DNA of 45,239 nucleotides from an uncultured Candidatus Saccharibacteria bacterium (lineage in GTDB: Bacteria > Patescibacteriota > Minisyncoccia > JAHCSD01): assembly GCA_964373435.1 (NCBI GenBank), contig CAYJUS010000001.1, positions 473-45,711 of the forward strand. The letters run 5' to 3'. The notes under the pieces are model-generated. The model did no database searches, was not told where the DNA came from, and worked only from the letters and a program-made list of their open reading frames with translations. Shown here piece by piece: positions 27,108 through 34,456 of the stretch. Numbering within the stretch: position 1 is the first letter of the stretch; each line of letters starts with the position of its first letter. The translations under genes were made by a program, and so were the position numbers.

Positions 27108-27842
27108 ATGTCGGGTCACTCACACTGGGCGGGTATCAAACACAAAAAAGCGGCGGAAGACGCCAAGCGCGGAAAGGTGTTTTCCAAGCTCGCGCGTATT
27201 ATCGCGCTCGCGGCAAAAGAAGGGGGGAACAATCCTGCGACCAACCCCAAACTGAAAGACGCGATCGATTACGCGCGCTCCTTCAACCTCCCCAAAGATA
27301 ACATAGAACGCGCTATCAAGCGCGGGGCGGGAGACGTTGAGGGCACGACGCTCGTGTCATGTCTCCTTGAAGCATTCGGGCCCGGGGGAACGCCGCTCCT
27401 TGTGGAAACCATCACGGACAATAAAAATCGGACTCTCGCAGAAATCAAAACGATTCTTGCGAAACACAACGGAAAACTTGCGGGAGAAGGAAGCGTGAAA
27501 TGGCAGTTTGAACGAAAAGGGATTATAGCCATAAAGAAGCCGGAAGGGGCAAAGGGGCCGAAAGAGGATTTGGAGTTTGCGGCGATTGATGCGGGGGCGG
27601 AGGATCTGAACTGGCAAGAGGGTGGGGTGCTCCAGATACATACGAAAACGGAGAGTTTGGATAAGGTGAAAAATAATTTGAAAGAGTCGGGGATGAAGAT
27701 ACAGTCCGCAACCCTCGGATGGGTGCCGAAAGAAGAAGGTACGCCCGAAGACGAAAAAACAAAAAACGCCCTCGCAAAACTTTTTGAAGAATTAGACGAA
27801 CACGATGATGTGCACGCCATCTATTCTAATATTAGCGAATAA
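27108..27842 (+). CDS. yebC: YebC/PmpR-family transcriptional regulator
   Basis: Starts MSGHSHWAGIKHKKAAEDAKRGKVFSKL and shows full-length family similarity. Confidence 0.95.
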   Translation: MSGHSHWAGIKHKKAAEDAKRGKVFSKLARIIALAAKEGGNNPATNPKLKDAIDYARSFNLPKDNIERAIKRGAGDVEGTTLVSCLLEAFGPGGTPLLVETITDNKNRTLAEIKTILAKHNGKLAGEGSVKWQFERKGIIAIKKPEGAKGPKEDLEFAAIDAGAEDLNWQEGGVLQIHTKTESLDKVKNNLKESGMKIQSATLGWVPKEEGTPEDEKTKNALAKLFEELDEHDDVHAIYSNISE

Positions 27843-27843
27843 C

Positions 27844-27911
27844 TGCGAATAGCTTACGCCCTGCGAATGATGCGATATTCGCACAATTCGCATCCGCGAA
27901 GCGAATTCGCA
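27844..27911. promoter_or_regulatory. Array of TGCGAAT/ATTCGCA half-sites (operator-like) between yebC and ruvC
   Basis: TGCGAAT at 27844 and 27862; ATTCGCA at 27877 and 27886; the 10-bp palindrome GCGAATTCGC at 27901-27910. This includes a perfect TGCGAAT-N8-ATTCGCA. Confidence 0.5.
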
Positions 27912-28412
27912 CGATTCGTGATCGTCTTAGGTATTGATCCCGGGACACGAAAGATTGGCTACGGCGTGATAGAGGAAACGGGCGGACGTCTCCGCCACGT
28001 CTCCCACGGCGTGATAAGAACAGACCCTGAGAATTCTCGCCAGGAAAACCTTCTCGAACTTCAAACCGCGCTTATTAATCTGGCAAAGCATCACAAACCG
28101 CAAAAGATCGGCTTAGAAAAGATCTTCTTTTCAAAAAACGTAAGAACGGCGATGGGGGTAAGCGAGGCGCGAGGCGTCATTCTTCTTACTGCGAAAGAAT
28201 TGGGGGTCCCTCTTGTGGAGTTTACGCCGCTTGAGGTAAAGCAGGCGGTGACGGGAAGCGGAGCGGCGGATAAAAAACAGGTACAAAAAATGGTAACATT
28301 CATCCTTCGCCTTGAGGAAGAGCCGAGGCCGGACGACGCGGCAGACGCTCTCGCCATCGCAATATGTTGCGCGAGCAACACGTCGCGACAAAACCTAAGC
28401 GCTAAATCCTAA
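27867..28412 (+). CDS. ruvC: Crossover junction endodeoxyribonuclease RuvC
   Basis: VLGIDPGTRKIGYGVIE, LEKIFF and a C-terminal DDAADALAIA. The true start may be GTG 27918. Confidence 0.9.
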   Translation: MMRYSHNSHPRSEFARFVIVLGIDPGTRKIGYGVIEETGGRLRHVSHGVIRTDPENSRQENLLELQTALINLAKHHKPQKIGLEKIFFSKNVRTAMGVSEARGVILLTAKELGVPLVEFTPLEVKQAVTGSGAADKKQVQKMVTFILRLEEEPRPDDAADALAIAICCASNTSRQNLSAKS

Positions 28413-28432
28413 TTCACATATGGAATAAAATT

Positions 28433-29095
28433 ATGCCCGAACTCACCCAATACATGATTACAAGCGGCGTACCGAGGGAACTCATCGGTCTTGTTTTGAT
28501 GCTTCCTCTTATTGCGACTTTCGTCGCGTTCTCACGTGAGATTATCGGGGTCAAAGGATTCGGTATCTACACCTCTCTTATCATCGCGTACGCCTTCGTA
28601 GGGACGGGTCTTGCGAGCGGCGTTATTATCTTTATGGTTGTGCTTCTTTCGGGGACCCTGGTACGTCTTGTTGTCAGGCGTTTCCGGCTTCTCTACCTCC
28701 CCCGTATGGCGATTGTACTCACGGGCGTTGCGTTCACTCTCTTTTTTATGTTTATCGTCGCGGCGTTCTACAGAGAAATCGTCGTTCTCAATATATCTCT
28801 TTTCCCTATTATTATTATGATACCGCTTGTAGAAAAGTTTATCTCGGCCCAAATAGAGCGAGGGGCCCAAACGGCCATCACCCTTACAATCGAAACGTTG
28901 GCACTCGCCTCTCTCTCGTTTTTTATCATCACGTGGGGATGGCTCGTGGAAATCCTTCTTGATTGGCCGCTCGTGGTATTCCCCGTCATGCTCATCCTAA
29001 ATGTGCTCATCGGCAAGTGGACGGGCCTCCGTGTTACTGAACTTATACGATTTAAAGAGCTCATCAAGCATCTCGAACTCTCCCGGAAACAATGA
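28433..29095 (+). CDS. Multi-pass membrane protein resembling the 7TM module usually fused to an inactive transglutaminase
   Basis: About 6-7 hydrophobic segments, with its stop overlapping the start of the downstream ATP-grasp gene. The family call comes from context and memory. Confidence 0.5.
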   Translation: MPELTQYMITSGVPRELIGLVLMLPLIATFVAFSREIIGVKGFGIYTSLIIAYAFVGTGLASGVIIFMVVLLSGTLVRLVVRRFRLLYLPRMAIVLTGVAFTLFFMFIVAAFYREIVVLNISLFPIIIMIPLVEKFISAQIERGAQTAITLTIETLALASLSFFIITWGWLVEILLDWPLVVFPVMLILNVLIGKWTGLRVTELIRFKELIKHLELSRKQ

Positions 29096-30414
29096 TTCCC
29101 TTACGCTACTTTCTCAATAGCGGCGGCGTTCTTGGAATAAACGCGAGAAATCAGCTCTACATCAGGCCCTCTGGTTTTAGGAGGGCCGTTCGTATACTCG
29201 ACAACAAACTGACCACAAAACGCGTCCTTAAAAAAGCGGGGGTTCCAACGCCCGAAACTTTGGGGGTTATCCGGTCGCCAAAGGATCTCTATGAATTTGA
29301 TTGGGACAGGCTCCCGCCAAGCTTCATTCTGAAACCCAACCGCGGCTACACCGGAAGGGGAATTATAATTGTGTATGGAAAGAAAAAAGGAGAGCGCTCC
29401 GCGTGGGTAAAAGCGGACAGATCCATCCTCCGCGTCCGAGATCTCTACGCGCACATCCAAACCATTCTCGAGGGAGAACACACAAAAACCGGCTTGGCTG
29501 ATCGCGCCTATTTCGAAGAACGGCTCAAAATCGCAAAAGTGTTCAAGCATTATTCGTTTCGGGGTATTCCGGATATCCGTGTGATCGTCTATCACAAAAT
29601 CCCGATCATGGCGCAACTCCGCCTCCCCACCCTCCATTCCGAGGGAAAGGCAAATTTACACTTGGGCGCGATCGGGGTGGGAGTTGACATGGCAACCGGT
29701 GTCACCACAAACGCAATCTTAAACAACTCTTTTATCGAGTATATCCCCGGAACCCGGCTCTCGCCAAGGGGAATAAAAATTCCCTATTGGAAAAAAATCC
29801 TCTCGTTGGCGCATCTTGCGCAAGTGGCAACGCGGATTGGTTTTGTAGGGGTGGATATCGCGATAGACCGTGAAAAGGGTCCGGTAGTAATTGAGTTGAA
29901 CACCCGGCCGGGGCTCACGATCCAGACGGCAAACCTTGCGCCGTTAGGAGAACGGCTCGAGCGGATCCGCGGGCTCAAGGTGGAGAGCGTGGAACGCGCG
30001 GTAAGTATCGCCCGCAACCTTTTTGGAGGCGAAGTAACGGAGGAAGACATAGAGGAGGTAGCGGGGAAAAAAATAATCGGTGTGAACGAAAGAGTAGAAA
30101 TTATTTCGGGAGAAAATAGAAAAATAGAGACGGTGGCAAAAATTGACACGGGGGCCTATCGCACGGCAATCGCGCAAACAATCGCAAGCGCCCTCGATCT
30201 CAAAGAAGCAGAGCGCTACAAGGTCGTACGAAGCACGCTCGGAAAAGAAGAGCGACCGGTTGTGAAGATAACCCTCAAGCTTCGGGGAGAAATAATGGAG
30301 ACAGAGGTCTTTGTCTCGGATCGGGAAGAAATGAAGCGGGATGTCATCGTAGGACGAAAAGACTTAAAAAGATTTCTCGTCGACCCTGCAAAAAATATTC
30401 TCGTAGGGAAATAA
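29092..30414 (+). CDS. RimK-related (alpha-L-glutamate ligase-like) ATP-grasp enzyme fused to a retropepsin-like C-terminal domain
   Basis: N-terminal LGINARNQLYI..LDNKLTTKRVL signature, ATP-grasp core (VIELNTRPG), and C-terminal KIDTGAYRT (30139-30165). Confidence 0.7.
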   Translation: MIPLRYFLNSGGVLGINARNQLYIRPSGFRRAVRILDNKLTTKRVLKKAGVPTPETLGVIRSPKDLYEFDWDRLPPSFILKPNRGYTGRGIIIVYGKKKGERSAWVKADRSILRVRDLYAHIQTILEGEHTKTGLADRAYFEERLKIAKVFKHYSFRGIPDIRVIVYHKIPIMAQLRLPTLHSEGKANLHLGAIGVGVDMATGVTTNAILNNSFIEYIPGTRLSPRGIKIPYWKKILSLAHLAQVATRIGFVGVDIAIDREKGPVVIELNTRPGLTIQTANLAPLGERLERIRGLKVESVERAVSIARNLFGGEVTEEDIEEVAGKKIIGVNERVEIISGENRKIETVAKIDTGAYRTAIAQTIASALDLKEAERYKVVRSTLGKEERPVVKITLKLRGEIMETEVFVSDREEMKRDVIVGRKDLKRFLVDPAKNILVGK

Positions 30415-30420
30415 CCATCT

Positions 30421-31572
30421 ATGCTTCTCACAAAAACCCCGCAAAACGCCAACGCGGACAAAAACCTTGCACGCATAGGGGAAAGGTTACGCGTGCTCCA
30501 TTATCTCGACCCTATTAATCTCCGGAGTGAGAAGAAACGATTTCTGCGGCGCTGGCTCAATGGTTCGGTGTACAACCCCCGGTTCCGCTATCGGAAAATT
30601 GATATTGATCTTGAAGGGATATCACGCGAGCTTCGACGTCTGCCGATCGATACCGGAAACGCCATGGGAAAAATCCTCAAAAAAAAGCGGGGACGGCTTC
30701 TTTCGCGCACCGCGCTACTTTCCGAACGAGGGACTTCACGTTTTCTTTATATGGGCCATAAGCTCTACGGCAGGCCTTCGACAACGCTCGTTTCCCGCGC
30801 GGTAAAGATCCTCGAAAAACTCAAAAATAAAACGCACGATCACCACGCACGCACCGTCTCTTCCAGAAGAGCGGCCCAAATTTTTAAACAAGCCCTCGCT
30901 CGTCACCGCATTGATTGGCACGTAACGGAAAAACGGGATCTTGCCGCAAAGGCAGGAGTATCAACCAACAAAAGTGTCTTGGTGGTACGAAAAGGCGCGT
31001 GGTTTTCCCGGAAAGAAGTGAAGCGTCTTATCGCTCACGAAATAGAGACCCACATATTTCGGATAGAAAACGGACGGCTTCAGCCGTACTCGATTTTTGC
31101 CCAAGGTTTCCCGGGACCCGAGACAACGGAAGAAGGGCTTGCGGTGTGGGCCGAGTTTCGTCGCGTGAGAAACGATTACGAGCGGCGAAGAATAATCGCG
31201 GCGCGCACGGTCGGCGTGGAGCGTGCGCTCCATCGTTCCTTTTTTGAGGTTTTCGAGCACCTTATTGGATTCAATCTCCACCCTGATTCCGCGTGGGACA
31301 TATGTGTGCGCGTAAAACGCGGCCTCCGGGATACCTCTCGGTTAGGGGCTTTCACGAAAGACCACCATTATTTTAAGGGGTATCTCGAAATCAAACAGTA
31401 TCTCAAAAAAGGAGGAGACTTGCGGGATCTCTATGTCGGAAAAATAAACGTGGCGAGCGTCGAACGCCTCTCGCGCCTCTCCGCTGTTATCCCGCCCAAA
31501 TTTCTCCCTTGGTATCTCAAAGACCGCAAAGGTTCACATGCAAGACACTATAGTAGATCTACAAACCCTTAA
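30421..31572 (+). CDS. DUF1704/MATCAP-family metallopeptidase (QEGLA-motif protein)
   Basis: HExxH as HEIETH (31036-31053) and an EEGLA motif (31129-31143). Confidence 0.65.
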   Translation: MLLTKTPQNANADKNLARIGERLRVLHYLDPINLRSEKKRFLRRWLNGSVYNPRFRYRKIDIDLEGISRELRRLPIDTGNAMGKILKKKRGRLLSRTALLSERGTSRFLYMGHKLYGRPSTTLVSRAVKILEKLKNKTHDHHARTVSSRRAAQIFKQALARHRIDWHVTEKRDLAAKAGVSTNKSVLVVRKGAWFSRKEVKRLIAHEIETHIFRIENGRLQPYSIFAQGFPGPETTEEGLAVWAEFRRVRNDYERRRIIAARTVGVERALHRSFFEVFEHLIGFNLHPDSAWDICVRVKRGLRDTSRLGAFTKDHHYFKGYLEIKQYLKKGGDLRDLYVGKINVASVERLSRLSAVIPPKFLPWYLKDRKGSHARHYSRSTNP

Positions 31573-33145
31573 ACGATTTTTCCGCGCCCACCTCAAAACC
31601 CCCGTTTTTGGCGCAGGAGTGTACGCGTTCCATCGGTTAGGGCCCGAGGAGTTTTTGCCCGATTATCGTATCCTCGCGCTGCGGGATAGTCTTGACACGC
31701 GCCTCATTGAAAAAGACGTAAAGGTGATCGTGCTCGAAAAAGGAATGGGCGCCGCTCACCTGGATGCCCCGCGAAATGCCACCACTGTTCTTTCCCATCC
31801 GAAAGTTCGTGCATATCTTTCCGGATTTAAACGCCCGGTTGTCTTGGTATATAAAACCTCTGAAAAAATGGAGGGCGTGGCGAAGAAAGAAGGCTGGATT
31901 CTCGCACAAAACCGTGTCACGTTCGGTAAAACACGCTTCGAACACAAAGCGCGCCTGAGAAAAATTCTCTCGCGCATAGGGGTTCCGGTACCTCCCGGCG
32001 AAATAGTGACGCTCTCCCACACAACGAAGGATCTCGACGAACCCCGCGTCTCCGTGCTCTTCACCCATCTTTACCGCCGCTTCCGAAAAACATACGGGGT
32101 TCCGTTTGTGGTCCAGCATCCCACGAGAGGAGGGGGAAAGGGAACGTTCTTTATCCGAAACGAAGAAGAATTCTTCTCAGCGCTTCGAAACCTGCGCGTA
32201 CGAATTCCGAAAGACGACGACCGAAGAGAAACGGAGAAGAAAACGCATGACGTAGTGGTCGCCCAGTTCGTGAGAGGTCCCTCACCAAGCATCACAGGAT
32301 GTGTCACGCGCCATGGCATTCTCTCGACCAACCTCCAAAACCAAATTTTGGATTCCCCTTTTCTTTACAATCCCCGAAGGGGGGCAGGACTTTTTTGCGG
32401 ACACGATTGGTCGGGGGCCAGTTTCCCTCCCCACATAGAGAAAGAAGCATACCGTATCGTGGAAAAAATAGGAACCCTTCTCAAACAGGAAGGGTATCGG
32501 GGAGTGTTCGGCATTGATTTTGTTCTTGACGAAAGTCGTAAACGTCTCTATGTAACCGAGTGCAACCCGCGACTGCTTGGCTCTTTCCCGACGCTCGCTA
32601 TGGTGCAACTCGCATCACACGAACCTCCCATTCTTGCCTTCCACATCCTTGAATACCTTGGCATTCCCTACCGGCTTGACCGAGAGAAGATAAACCGCCT
32701 CATGAGAAAAAAAAAGGAGGGGGCGCAAATGCTCCTCCACAACCTCTCGGGGGTCTGGGCAAAAAATCACGACCAGCTCGAAGCCGGAGTGTATCGGCTT
32801 CGCGAAGAACCGGCAACCGGCCCGCCGGGAGCGAGGTTCGCCAAAGGCGACGACCGGCAACCAATCCTTGAGTTTCTACGGCCGGGATATAAACTCCGGC
32901 ATATAGAAAACAAAGGTGAATTTTTGATCACGGAGGGGGTGCCGTTCAAAAAATCACATTTCAGCCCTAACAGGAGGCTCCTCCGTATCCTCACCTCGAG
33001 AAGCGCTCTCGGGCGCCCCCCGCGGGATCTCGCCCCTTGGGCGCAGCACATCGCACAAATAGTTTATGCGGGGTTGAAGATACGGCCCGTACGATTCGCA
33101 AGAATAATCAAGTGGTTTAACCCCCGTTATCTCGCGAAGGGATAG
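31538..33145 (+). CDS. ATP-grasp domain protein (second ligase of the operon)
   Basis: 535 aa with ATP-grasp blocks (FVVQHPTRGGGKGTFFI, VVAQFVRG, GVFGIDFVLD..LYVTECNPRL). It overlaps the previous gene by 35 nt. Confidence 0.65.
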   Translation: MQDTIVDLQTLKRFFRAHLKTPVFGAGVYAFHRLGPEEFLPDYRILALRDSLDTRLIEKDVKVIVLEKGMGAAHLDAPRNATTVLSHPKVRAYLSGFKRPVVLVYKTSEKMEGVAKKEGWILAQNRVTFGKTRFEHKARLRKILSRIGVPVPPGEIVTLSHTTKDLDEPRVSVLFTHLYRRFRKTYGVPFVVQHPTRGGGKGTFFIRNEEEFFSALRNLRVRIPKDDDRRETEKKTHDVVVAQFVRGPSPSITGCVTRHGILSTNLQNQILDSPFLYNPRRGAGLFCGHDWSGASFPPHIEKEAYRIVEKIGTLLKQEGYRGVFGIDFVLDESRKRLYVTECNPRLLGSFPTLAMVQLASHEPPILAFHILEYLGIPYRLDREKINRLMRKKKEGAQMLLHNLSGVWAKNHDQLEAGVYRLREEPATGPPGARFAKGDDRQPILEFLRPGYKLRHIENKGEFLITEGVPFKKSHFSPNRRLLRILTSRSALGRPPRDLAPWAQHIAQIVYAGLKIRPVRFARIIKWFNPRYLAKG

Positions 33146-33176
33146 CGCGCGTTCGTCCCCAAGAACAGACGGGGGG

Positions 33177-34367
33177 TTATTCTGGACGTATGCGCAGAAA
33201 TCGTTTCTTCCCCACCTGAACGAGGGTAGGACGGGTAAGACGCAACGGATCTCTCCAGTCCTTTTTTGTTTTGCCATCCAGTTCCACCGCGCCCTCCCGG
33301 ATAAACCGTTTTGCCTCGGTGTTCGAAGCAGCAAGCCCCAAACGAACAAGAAGCGGGGGGAGGGCGTAATCGCCCCTTTTGATGGCCATTGTTTTAATCC
33401 GGGAAGGGGTGGTATGTTTTTTGAAGACGCGGTCGAATTCTTCTTCCGCCTCTTTCGTTTTTTGAGAGCCGTGGTAGATAGAAACCACTTCACGCGCAAG
33501 ACGAGCTTTCGCGTCGCGCGGATGGAAACGAATTTCTTTTTTGATACGAACGAGTTCCCTCTCGCTCACGCGGGTTACCAGTTCAAAGTATGGAAGAATA
33601 CAAGAATCGGGAAGAGACATAATTTTCCCATACTGGGCATGGGCGGATTCCGTAAGACCAATATAGTTCCCCAGGCTTTGGCTCATTTTCCTCGTCCCGT
33701 CGGTGCCACGAAGCATCTTAAGCGTAATTAAGTCTTGGGGCTCTTGTTTGAATGCCCTTTGGAGCGCCCGCGCCTGCATCTCATTAAAAAGCTGGTCGCT
33801 CCCGACTACGGTGAGATCAGAACGCACGGCAACCGAATCATACGCTTGGAGCGCGGGGTAGAGGAGTTCGTGCAAACGAATCTCGCGTTTCATGCGAATC
33901 CGCTCTTTAAACATGTCCCGTTCGAGCATCCGCTGAACGGTAAAGTGTGAAAAAAGACGGAGAAACTCCTCTGCCCTCATTCGGTCGTACCACTCGCTGT
34001 TGTAATGGACTTCTGTCTTTTTGAGATCCAGTATGGACGAGAGTTGCGTAAGATACGATCGGGAGGTTTCACGCACATCGCGTCTGGCCCGAAGTTTTCG
34101 TGTACGGGATGTATCGGTGGGATCGCCAAACCGCCCCGTGAAATCCCCTATAATAAAGACGATGGTGTGGCCGGACAACTGCAGCAGCCGTAATTTTTCG
34201 TATACCGCGGCGTAACCTAAATGAAGGTCGGGGGTGGTGGGATCTACCCCGTGCTTCACCCGAAGTTTTCTCCGGGAGGTCAGTTTTCTTATCACGCTCT
34301 CTTTGTCTATCACCTCCACCACTCCCCTTTTGAGAAAGGTGGGGACGGAAAATGTGTGCATGCCCAT
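33177..34367 (-). CDS. tyrS: Tyrosine--tRNA ligase
   Basis: HIGH-type DLHLGY, KMSKS-type KMSQS, and a C-terminal S4-like domain. The start could be 34361, 34367 or 34406. Confidence 0.9.
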   Translation of the reverse strand: MGMHTFSVPTFLKRGVVEVIDKESVIRKLTSRRKLRVKHGVDPTTPDLHLGYAAVYEKLRLLQLSGHTIVFIIGDFTGRFGDPTDTSRTRKLRARRDVRETSRSYLTQLSSILDLKKTEVHYNSEWYDRMRAEEFLRLFSHFTVQRMLERDMFKERIRMKREIRLHELLYPALQAYDSVAVRSDLTVVGSDQLFNEMQARALQRAFKQEPQDLITLKMLRGTDGTRKMSQSLGNYIGLTESAHAQYGKIMSLPDSCILPYFELVTRVSERELVRIKKEIRFHPRDAKARLAREVVSIYHGSQKTKEAEEEFDRVFKKHTTPSRIKTMAIKRGDYALPPLLVRLGLAASNTEAKRFIREGAVELDGKTKKDWRDPLRLTRPTLVQVGKKRFLRIRPE

Positions 34368-34417
34368 GGGGGTGGTAAAAATAAAACTACTCTTTAGAAT
34401 AAGCATACGCTAGTCCC

Positions 34418-34433
34418 CGGTTGAATTCAACCG
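34418..34433. promoter_or_regulatory. Perfect 16-bp palindrome in the tyrS/PBP divergent region
   Basis: cggttgaattcaaccg. Confidence 0.35.
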
Positions 34434-34456
34434 AAAAATATGATAGGAAAAACGCA

